64,000 nt of DNA, from assembly GCA_950097015.1 (NCBI GenBank), contig CATNEN010000018.1:1-64000 (forward strand), in the 5' to 3' direction. The notes beneath the pieces were generated by a model that was not told where the DNA came from, made no database searches, and worked only from the letters and a program-made list of their open reading frames with translations. The DNA is from Macrostomum hystrix (taxonomy: Eukaryota > Animalia > Platyhelminthes). Positions 1-10,300 of the stretch are shown piece after piece (positions within the stretch are counted from its first letter, which is position 1; the number at the start of each line of letters is the position of its first letter). Position numbers and translations under genes: made by a program.

Positions 1-1554
1 TCTCTTCTCCTCTTCTCTTCTTCTTTCCCTTCCCTTCTTCTTTCCCCTTCTCTTCTCTCCTCTTCTCTTCTCTTCTTCTCTTCTTTCCCCTTCTCTTCTC
101 TCCTCTTCTCTTCTCTTCTCTTCTCTTCTTTTCTTCTCTTCTTTTCTTCTCTTCTCTTCTCTTCTTCTCTTCTCTTCTCTTCTCTTCTTTTTTCTTCTCT
201 TCTTCTCTTCTCTTCTCTTCTCTTCTTTTTTCTTCTCCTCTTCTCTTCTCTTCTCTTCTCTTCTCTTCTCTTCTCTTCTCCTCTTCTCTTCTCTTCTCCT
301 CTTCTCTTCTCTTCTTCTCTTCTTCTTTCCCTTCCCTTCTTCTTTCCCCTTCTCTTCTCTCCTCTTCTCTTCTCTTCTCTTCTTCCCTTCTCCTCTTCTT
401 CTCCTCCTCTTCTCTTCTCTCTTCTTCTCTTCTTCTCTCCTCTTCTCTTCTCTTCTCTTCTTTTCTTTTCTTCTCTTCTTTTCTTCTCTTCTCTTCTCTT
501 CTTCTCTTCTCTTCTCTTCTCTTCTTTTTTCTTCTCTTCTTCTCTTCTTCTCTTCTCTTCTTTTTTCTTCTCCTCTTCTCTTCTCTTCTCTTCTCTTCTC
601 TTCTTCTCTTCTCTTCTCTTCTCTTCTTTTTTCTTCTCTTCTTCTCTTCTCTTCTCTTCTCTTCTCTTCTCCTCTTCTCTTCTCTTCTTCTCTTCTTCTT
701 TCCCTTCCCTTCTTCTTTCCCCTTCTCTTCTCTCCTCTTCTCTTCTCTTCTCTTCTCTTCTTTTCTTCTCTTCTTTTCTTCTCTTCTCTTCTCTTCTTTT
801 TTCTTCTCTTCTTCTCTTCCCTTCTCTTCTCTTCTCTTCTCTTCTCTTCTCTTCTCTTCTTCTCTTCTCTTCTCTTCTTTTCTCTTCTCTTCTCTTCTCT
901 TCTCTTCTCTTCTCTTCTTCTTTCCCTTCCCTTCTTCTTTCCCCTTCTCTTCTCTTCTCTTCTTTTCTTTTCTTCTCTTCTTTTCTTCTCTTCTCTTCTC
1001 TTCTTCTCTTCTCTTCTCTTCTCTTCTTTTTTCTTCTCTTCTTCTCTTCTCTTCTCTTCTCTTCTTTTTTCTTCTCCTCTTCTCTTCTCTTCTCTTCTCT
1101 TCTCTTCTTCTCTTCTCTTCTCTTCTCTTCTTTTTTCTTCTCTTCTTCTCTTCTCTTCTCTTCTCTTCTCTTCTCCTCTTCTCTTCTTTTCTTCTCTTCT
1201 CTTCTCTTCTCTTCTTCCCTTCTCCTCTTCTTCTCCTCCTCTTCTCTTCTCTCTTCTTCTCTTCTTCTCTCCTCTTCTCTTCTCTTCTCTCCTCTTCTCT
1301 TCCCTTCTCTCCTCTTCTCTTCTCTTCTCTTCTCTTCTTTTCTTCTCTTCTTTTCTTCTCTTCTCTTCTCTTCTCTCCTCTTCTCTTCTCTTCTCTTCTC
1401 TTCTCTTCTCTTCTTCTCTTCTCTTCTCTTCTCTTCTTTTTTCTTCTCTTCTTCTCTTCTCTTCTCTTCCCTTCTTCTTTTCTCTTCTCTTCTCTTCTCT
1501 TCTTCCCTTCTTCTCTTCTCTTCTTCTCTTCTCTTCTCTTCTTTTCTTCTCTTC
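1..1554 (+). repeat. Polypyrimidine low-complexity tract, mainly (TCTTC)n, ending in CAG at 1554-1556
   Basis: Essentially only C/T for 1.55 kb. It ends ...cttctcttcAG about 150 bp upstream of the ankyrin ATG. A paralogous tract lies at 40850-41790. Confidence 0.97.
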
Positions 1555-1704
1555 AGCTCAGCAGCCAATGAGACTCCTGCAGCTATGAACGATTCTGGTT
1601 GGCTGCTGCGGACTGAAAAAGCATTGTCTTAAACCTACTCGACCTCATTTACTCGACTCGACCTCATTTACCACTTTCCCAAACCACAACCAGACACCTG
1701 CAAA

Positions 1705-2993
1705 ATGTTTCCCTTACTCACAATACTCACCGCTGTCCTCCTGTACCTCATGAACTCACTTCATTCCTCACACCACCGAGAAGACGCACAAGAACTCACC
1801 GACCAGGACCTCCTCGCAGCCATCAGAGACGACCGAGTGGAACCCGTTCAGCGATTCATTAACAGCGGCGGCAGCCTCGATACCTTCATCGCCTATGCTG
1901 ACTCATTCTTTACTCCAGCAATGCTCGCTTGCCGATTCGGAAGACATGAAATTCTCCTGAGACTCATCCGAGCCATTGCAGATGTAGATAAGCAGAACTG
2001 GAGAGGGGCGACAGCATTGCATATTGCATCAGCATATGGTCACCACCGACTGGTGAAATCACTCATCAAAGCACGAGCCGACGTCAATCTTCAAGAAAAT
2101 ACTGGCGCCTCACCTCTCTACATTGCATCACAGCAAGGCCATAACGACGTCGTCCACTCACTCATCAAAGCACGAGCCGACGTCAATCTTCAAGATAATA
2201 CTGGCGCCTCACCTCTCTACATTGCATCACAGCAAGGCCATAACGACGTCGTCCACTCACTCATCAAAGCACGAGCCGACGTCAATCTTCAAGAGAAAGT
2301 CATTGGCGCCTCACCTCTCTACATTGCATCACTAAATGGCCATAACGACGTCGTCCACTCACTCATCAAAGCACGAGCCGACGTCAATCTTCAAGAGAAA
2401 GTCATTGGCGCCTCACCTCTCTACATTGCATCACTAAATGGCCATAACGACGTCGTCCACTCACTCATCAAAGCACGAGCCGACGTCAATCTTCAAGATA
2501 ATACTGGCGCCTCACCTCTCCACATTGCATCACTAAATGGCCATAACGACGTCGTCCACTCACTCATCAAAGCACGAGCCGACGTCAATCTTCAAGATAA
2601 TACTGGCGCCTCACCTCTCTACATTGCATCACAGCAAGGCCATAACGACGTCGTCCACTCACTCATCAAAGCACGAGCCGACGTCAATCTTCAAGATAAT
2701 ACTGGCGCCTCACCTCTCTACATTGCATCACAGCAAGGCCATAACGACGTCGTCCACTCACTCATCAAAGCACGAGCCGACGTCAATCTTCAAGATAATA
2801 CTGGCGCCTCACCTCTCTACATTGCATCACAAAATGGCCACCTCAGTGTTGTCGAGTCACTCATGAAGGTCGTTCATAGCCCCGACTTGCTGACAGCTGC
2901 TCTGCGAATCGCCACGGAAGTTGGCCATGACCCAGTGGTTGACCTGCTGAGCCCTGGATCATCCGCGCCATTGCCTGAGGAGAAGCAAAACAG
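1705..2993 (+). CDS. Ankyrin-repeat exon (predicted exon 1 of ANK-cGLR fusion gene A); unspliced ORF ends at TAG 2995-2997 (430 aa)
   Basis: Hydrophobic N-terminus MFPLLTILTAVLLYLM. About 10 ankyrin repeats, 8 of type (D/E)NT/EKVI-GASPLYIAS-xx-GHNDVVHSLIKARADVNLQ. Ends in the phase-2 donor AACAG|GTAGGA. Confidence 0.92.
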
Positions 2994-3480
2994 GTAGGAG
3001 CTCCTGTTTCTTGTAAAAGTCACCTGAACAATCATAGATACTTCGGATTCTCTGAGTATTCAGACTCCAAATCTGATAGCTGAAGTTCGGAACTGATTGT
3101 TTTTGTGTTATTGTGTTATTGTTTTCTTGTTTTATTGTTATTGTTAAGGTTCTCACGAATACCTGCTGCTTTTACTTCGCATTGTTAAGAGCTGGCGAAT
3201 TTATAGCCAAAAGCCTCGAATTCACAACAATGACCACTAGGAGTAAAATAACGGAAAACTACGATAATAGTTAATAAATATGTCTGCTTGCGCCGAAGAT
3301 TATACCACAAGGATAGGAAATTGTTAGTGGCGCTGGTGTGCCGCCGGCCCTAGTTAGCAGTGGCGCCCTCAGAAGGCGAAAGACAGAACTTCCTAGTAGT
3401 TCTTATTGTCAATGCCTCTTTAGCCACAGACAGCAGACTCCACTTCAAAATTCTCAGTTTATGATTCGGATTTGATTGTG

Positions 3481-3663
3481 GAGGATTCAATATTACAGGC
3501 TTGGGATTCAATATTACAGGTTTGAGATTCAGTATTACAGGTTTGAGATTCAGTATTACAGGTTTGAGATTCAGTATTACAGGTTTGAGATTCAATATTA
3601 CAGGTTTGGGATTCAATATTACAGGTTTGGGGTTCAGTATTACAGGCTCGGGATTTAATATTA
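3481..3663 (+). repeat. 21-bp minisatellite (AATATTACAGGTTTGAGATTC), left part, interrupted by the LTR element
   Basis: 7-aa periodic spurious ORFs. The array resumes at 16120 and is uninterrupted in copy B at ~43165-43612. Confidence 0.95.
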
Positions 3664-4268
3664 TGATGTGGAGTGTACTTCGGAATCGAGTGGGGTTGTG
3701 AGCCAGCCAAATTTTTCCATTTTTTTAGCAAGTTAATAATCGCGACCCACATAGCAGCTGGCCGCAGAACACCATCATTAATCTTAGGGCCAGACTTGGG
3801 GCGGAGGTGAATTAAGTAGCCGCCGATTCCCTTTGTCTCGGATCTGTCTAGTCCCCTGTAGGAGTGACTGATCGCGGAAATAGCAATACTGTATGGACTA
3901 GTTTAGGTTATAATTCTCCTCCAAACCGCGATCAGATTGTCGGGATCACTCATGCGTTTAGAGTGAGCTTTAATTCTTCATGTCCCTCTTCTTTACTGTA
4001 ACCCGAGCCGAAGCTCGATTATGACCTTTCCCCCTTTAGATACATGTAACGACACTATAGGCAGGTCGGCGCCTGCGCTTCCCATATCCCGGCGGGATCA
4101 CAATCATTGGCCGACTGCCGGCAGACGCTCCTAGTGGGGCATCTGGCGATTCTCGCCGTCGCTTCAGTGGGCAATTGGGGTGGCATAATGCCGACCCGAT
4201 TCCTCGCTGACAGGCTGGCGAGCATGTGGGTTATTTTGATGAATGCGAGGTTGGCGGAGCTGCAGGAC

Positions 4269-4276
4269 TATTTAAG
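4269..4276 (+). promoter_or_regulatory. Putative LTR TATA box (TATTTAAG)
   Basis: GGACTATTTAAG is conserved in all three LTR variants (also 45758 and 59270) while the flanks diverge. Confidence 0.6.
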
Positions 4277-4791
4277 AGAGCGCGCTGCGCTGCCCCTAGG
4301 ACAACCTTCCCAGGACACCTTTTCCTTTTTTCCGGGAGCCTTTCCCGGCAACCTACCTTCGAACCTACCTTCCACCGACCTTCCCCCGGACCTACGTGTC
4401 CGCCCTTACAACCTTTTTCCCTTGTCCGGTCCCGGAACTCGGTCCGTGGACTCTCCCCCTTCTAGGCTAGCACCTAGTCCCTGAGCCTAAGGCTCCAGAT
4501 CATAGCAGCAGGCAACTACCTGCTAGTGCCCTTAAGCGCAAGCCACCTCTTTAGGTGCGCTCCAAATTGAGCCTTGAGCTCCCTGCAGTCTGGCCCCTTG
4601 CCAACTGTACTTAGCAATTCCTCACCTCTCCTCCCGTTCATTTGCATTCCCCCGCGAGATCGACGGCCTGCAGCCTGTCAACCAGCGTATTCAGATAAGT
4701 AACCCGCGCAGCGGACTGTTATTGCTATCCCTAAGGGATTTACTATTTAGCTAGTGGGTAAAAGGGCAAGGGCAGGGATTTGATTTAGCCT

Positions 4792-4797
4792 AATAAA
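4792..4797 (+). promoter_or_regulatory. Putative LTR polyadenylation signal AATAAA
   Basis: TAATAAA is conserved at the equivalent position in the solo LTR (~46245) and E3 (~59734), followed by T-rich sequence. Confidence 0.55.
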
Positions 4798-6059
4798 ACT
4801 ATTAATTCACCGCTTATCTAATTTATTGGGCAATTTAATAACAACTTAAATCCTTTTTACTATGCATTTCACTTTCTCTTATTTTATCGTTAGACAGCCC
4901 TCGATCATGAGTGGCTAACTTATTAGGGGGATGGGCTCTGGCGATGCCTAGCTGAAAGCTGCGGCAGGAGGATAACTGTGAGCGCGCATGAAAGTAATAA
5001 GGAGCTAGGGATTTGCGAGTAAAATGCGGAGCGTAGCATGTGTTTCTCTGCTAGGGGTGGGGGAATTCCTTGGCGGGTTTTTCCTCTCTTTCTGGCAGAT
5101 CAAGGAGTGCGTGTCAACCTCCCTTGTCAATTAATGTTTCCCTTCTGTTCCCCGCCTCTCGCTGCCGCCGCCATGGGAGCGAGGGGTGTGATCTAATAAT
5201 CACCGCTTGCATAATCACTCAGCCAGTGTTCTGCTCAATCTCTCCTGCCTCTGATTTCCTCATCTCACACAGATTCGGATTTGCTAGTTATTTAATGTGT
5301 AGGCTGCAATCTAATGTAAGGAATGTGTCTAATGTCTCATGAGTAGGATTCTGGCTATGGATTTCTCATTCGGGTTCGGAGTACCACCTTTCTAGACCAC
5401 TGTAGCGCAGTTTCAGGAATCCCCTTGTGAGGCGTGACTCGATCCATTCTGGGGTTCTCACCCTAGTCTAAAACGGAAGTTACAGAATGCTCTATTTTTC
5501 GGCTTGTCTAAGATCTGTGTGACAAACTGGGAGCTGCGAGCTCCGGGGACCCAAGTTCCCAAATGTCTGCGGTGGCAACGCAGGCGCATTGGGTGGTGGC
5601 GCTACCTTCGATCATTATCCGCTTTGCCGATAGCCTTTCCGCATTTCTAAGACAAGAGCCTAGGCCGAGTCGACCACTGCTACCAAAGTTGGGAGTCAGT
5701 TACGAACATGCTACTGATGACAGTAGGCTATCTAGCCCTGTCCTATTCGCTTGCGGGTAGTCCGACATCTATTTAGACTTTTAGCCGGTTTCGAGCACTG
5801 CTTGGGGTGGGCACGGCAGTCATGCCTGTGGCCTATGGGTTGGGTGGGACTGGCCAGCCTGAGGCCAATAGGACCACTCACTTGCATCCTTTGTACCGCC
5901 TCATCTCTCCCTTCATCTCTCCCTTCATCCCTCCCTTCGTCATCCCTCTCTGCGACAACTCGCGGCAGCAGCGATCGACCTCCGACTCCATCGTCGTTTT
6001 CCACACTCCTATCTTTCATGAGGGCGGTCATCGGCTAGCAAAGACCCGCACTATTTCAA

Positions 6060-6077
6060 TGGTGGCAGCGGTGGGAT
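6060..6077 (+). other. Primer-binding site complementary to the tRNA-Leu 3' end
   Basis: TGGTGGCAGCGGTGGGAT starts 1 nt after the LTR. It is the reverse complement of ATCCCACCGCTGCCA+CCA, the 3' end of eukaryotic tRNA-Leu(AAG/TAG). Confidence 0.88.
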
Positions 6078-7360
6078 CTAGAAATGGCGCGAAACGAACT
6101 TGAATTTCAATTATTAGTTTAGCGCCGCAGATTTCTGTGGTAGCTTGCCGAAAGGGCTCCTTCTGGATTTCATTTTCCGTATGCCGAAATCTTATCTCAG
6201 TTCTAGTGACTGTCAATTAATTTCCGAACAGTTGCAATTTGGTTTCAATTTAATTTAGGCTTTTGTTAGAGTTTCCAAAATTCTGATTAGTGACTTTCTA
6301 CTATGAGTAGGCTGTGTGAGCGGACTTCATGCTAGAGTGTCTTCGGGTTAGTGGCTGCTGCAGGAGTCGGGGACTGTCTGTGGGGTTTTCCCGCGTGATT
6401 GATCTGGGAGGGGCCATTCTTAACGAGGGACCGGGCAACGCTTTCGGCCTTCTAACCGAGCGAGGGGAGCCCCCGGCAATGCAGCCGGGAATCGATGACT
6501 CGCTGAGCACCGGGGATTGGTTCTCTTGGGCAGCATGCAGGCCTGCTTACGTGTACCTGATTCTGAAAGTGTCACATAGCTTTGACCAAGTCTGACTTTG
6601 GTGGGGAACAGTTAGGGAGGTGGGACTTCTGAGGGAGGTCTAGCGACCCCCGTGCCCGCCTCTCGAAACTGCCTACTTCAAGTATGGGCTAGAATTCGGT
6701 CGGCACGTTTTTCTAAGAGATTCTTTGAGGGGTTTTCTAAATGGGGTAGCCAGGCTTTAGCCATGGACTCCTATCCGAGCGAGATCCCAGGTATATCCCC
6801 CCTGGGCTTCCCAGTCTCGTTAATCGCGAGGGGGGCCCCCGGCAATGCAGCCGGGAACCGATGACTCCCTGAACGAGTCGGGGATTATCCCTTCTCTGAG
6901 TATCTTATTGAGGCGTGTACTTTCCAAGGTAGGGTGATAGGCTGTTGCAGGCGCAAGCTTGCAGTAGTACTGACCCCGCCGTACCTATAGTGCAACAGTC
7001 CGCTATAGGGTTGCAGAACGAGTGCTAAGTTAAAACCTAGACTTCTATGTCCCAAACTTAAGTGCGCGCAAACAGTTGTCAGTAGCCAAGGCTGGAAGCA
7101 AAGCTAGCCAGGGCCCTGGGCCCTTTTCTCTCTCACTGATCTTTGATCCTTTTTGCGGTAGGGTTGCTCTCTAGGAGTAGGGAATTCGCCGCATCATTAA
7201 CCAGGGCTGGATTTGACAGCTCAGGCTCGTTTCTTTTCCCCCCTGCACGATCTCCAGTCGTGATCTGTGTTTTCCTTTTCCTCCCCTCCCCCATTGTTGC
7301 ATTAGCGACAGACCCCCCTCTTTTTCATTCGCAAAACCCTCATCCCTCTTTTGGCCGAAA

Positions 7361-10300
7361 ATGTCCGACCAGGAGGATGAGGTCGTCGAGGTGATCGGCG
7401 CCCCCCGTCCAACCAAAAGTAGGGCTGCCTCCGCAGAAAGGTGCCAGGAAAGGCGCCCTCTGCCTGCAACTGCAGCCCCGGGTACTCCTAGAACGGACCC
7501 GTGGGAGGTCCATCGGTGCCTCCTCGAACTGCTGCAGTCCGTAAGGTCCGACTTGCAATCGCTTAACGGCCCGGTGTACTCCCCGGTGTTGCGGCACTCG
7601 GTGGCCACCCAGACGGAAGGTGAACGACCGCAGGTGGTCAGGCCGGCGTATGGTTTCCGAATCCCGGTAGAGCCATTCGACCAAGGTCGCTCCGACATTG
7701 CCTCTTGGATGCTTCGACTGGAGGCAAAGTTTCAATTTGAGGAGGTCACCGACGATAGGGCCAGGAATGTGACCTGTTACAGCCTGTTGCCGGAAGAGAT
7801 GCAGTTAGAAAGTCTCCTGACGATTGACTTTGATGGCCCCTTTCAGCAGTTCCGGGCCAGGTTGCTAGACGGCTGTCTGGATTCCAGGTTGCCGGTAACT
7901 AAGAGGCGCACGGTAGAGCGACTGCAACCACGTTCGGGGGAGGCTCCCGAGGTGTTCTTAGTGCGGCTGAGGAAGCTCGTGGAGTGGGCTTATGCTGACT
8001 ATCCAGAGGACTGGCGGCAGAACGAGCTCAAACGGCTCTATCTACAGAACGGCCACTTCGATTCCAAATTCGCTTTTGAAGCGTTCTCGGCGAGGGACTG
8101 GACCCCGGAGGGCACGGTGTTTGAGCAGCGGAGGTCCGAGGAGGCTGACCGCGTCGCGCACGAGATTGAAAGCGAGCAACTAAGTTCAGCCTCCGAGGAC
8201 GCTTCGCTGTATCAGAGCTGTGCGTCCCCAGTGGGCAGCCCTCCTCGAGCCGCGGTCAGGGCGGTAGAGGCGGCAGACGAAGCTGGCCCCGCAGAATTCC
8301 GAAATGGAGTGGAGAAGGTGGGAGTCGGATCCCAACTAACGGCTGAACAGGAAAGGCAGCTGGGAGACTTGTTGCGGGCCAACGCCGACCTGTTCGCCGA
8401 CCAGGAGGAGGACCTGACGGTCACGACAGTGGTCCAGCATGAGATCACGCTGACCGACCCCCGGCCCGTGAAGTCGGCGCCGCGGAGGATTCCTCAGGCC
8501 TACCTCGAGGAGGTGCAGCAGATGGCCAGGGAGTGGTTGGAGACAGGGAAGGCCAGTCACTCGGCCAGTCCTTACTGCTCGCCGCTGGTGCTGGTGAAAA
8601 AGAAGGACGGCTCCCTCCGCGTCTGCATTGACTATAGGGAGCTCAACGAGCGGAGTGTGTCAGAGGTCACACCGCTGCCGCGCATCGACGAACTGCTGGC
8701 ATCGTTGCATGGGTCCTCCTATTTCACCACCCTGGATCTCCGCAGCGGGTACCACCAAGTGCCTATGCATGAAACTTGCAAACCATACACCGCATTCGCC
8801 GTCCCGGGAGTCGGGTTACTGCAGTGGAATGTGATGCCATTCGGGCTGAAGGGCGCACCAAGCACGTTCTCTCGTTTGATGAACCTGGTGCTGGCCGGCG
8901 TGCCGCAGCATGAGGCCATGGCGTACATCGACGACGTCATCGTGCACTCTGCTACCTTCGAGGAACACCTAGTCCGGCTCCAGAAGACATTCGACCGTCT
9001 GCGGGCGGCTAACCTGAAGATGAAGCCGTCCAAGTGCTTCCTTGCACAGCCCGAGATCTCTTTCCTAGGGCACACGGTGTCGGGAGCGGGCATCGCGACG
9101 GACCCTCATAAGACATGTGCGCTGTCCACGTGGCCACGACCGCGTACAGCCACCGACGTCCGCTCATTTTTAGGCGCGGTGGGCTACTACCGTGATTTCG
9201 TGCCGGAGTACAGCTGCCTCTCGGCGCCTCTTTGCGAACTCACCAAAAAGGGCCTTGTGGATGTGGAGCCCCTCTGGGACGACCGGCACGAGACCGCGTT
9301 CGAAGAACTGAAGGCGCGGATGGTCGAGGCGCCCGTGCTGGCCCACCCAAGTTTCGAGAAGGGCGCAGGGCGTTTCATACTCGACTGTGACGCCAGCCTG
9401 GAGTCCTTGGGGGCGGTGTTGAGCCAAGAACAGCCGGACGGGACGGAGAGGGTCTTGGCCTATGGCAGTAAGGCATTGTCCGCATCTCAGCGGAACTATT
9501 GCGTCACAAAACTAGAAATGCTGAGCCTCGTGTACTTCACCAGGAAGTACAGGTATTACCTACTGGGCCGCCGGTTCCTGGTCCGAACCGACCACAGCTC
9601 CCTCCAGTGGCTGAGGAGCTTTAAGGAGCCAACTGGCATGTATGCTCGGTGGGTGCAGCACCTGTCGCTATACGACTTCGACCTGGAGTATAGGAAGGGC
9701 AGCCTCCATACCAACGCCGACGCATTGAGTCGCCGGCCTAGACAGAGACACGGAGATTGCCCCGTTTGCCGGCCGTTGGAGCCCGGCAGTGAGGAAGAGA
9801 GTGAGGACGAAGGCGTGGTGGTAAACGCCGTCGCGGCGCAGGCAGTCATGGAACCGCCGCTGCAGCCCGAGGAATTGCTGGCCCAGCAGGTCGCCGACCC
9901 GGTGATCCATTGGATACTGCAAGCTAAGGTCAACGGTTTGGCCGCCCCAGACCCGGCCGCGGTCCCGGAGTTGAACGCCAAGCAGAAGGTCGCTTTGAAG
10001 AAGCTGTTGCCCTACTGGGACCTCTTGAGGGTGGAGGAGCAGCTGCTCAAAATCCAGGTGCACGCTCCCCCCCGGCCGCCGCTGTGGCTGCTCCCAGCAA
10101 GCCTCGACGAACAGGCTTTCCACTCGTGCCATAACGGGAGCTTAGCCGGGCATTTCGGGCGTCAAAAGACCCTGGCGCGTGTCGCCCAGCGGTTTTGGCG
10201 ACCAGGACTCCGCGCTTCGATGCAGAAGCTGTGCGCGCAGTGCCACGCCTGCCTGTGCAGCAAGAAGGGCCGCAGAGCTCAGGCTCCGCCGCAGCCATGG

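Larger units (their letters stand above)
3664..6058 (+). repeat. E1 5' LTR (2395 bp)
   Basis: Begins TGATGTGGAG and ends CTATTTCA. All ORF-track translations inside it are identical to those in the 3' LTR. Confidence 0.96.

Noticed and set aside
2123-2866. Alternative-frame ORFs overlapping the ankyrin repeats (also 42343-42888)
   Set aside because: Shadow frames of the repeated ankyrin codons.
5711-5726. CTGATGA/CTGACGA resembling a hammerhead ribozyme core in the LTR
   Set aside because: It lies in a simple CTACTG/CAGTAG hairpin. No stem II or GAAA strand is correctly placed.
4107-6103. Short ORFs inside the LTRs (125, 90, 95 aa etc.)
   Set aside because: They are not conserved in frame among the three LTR variants and show no recognisable domains.
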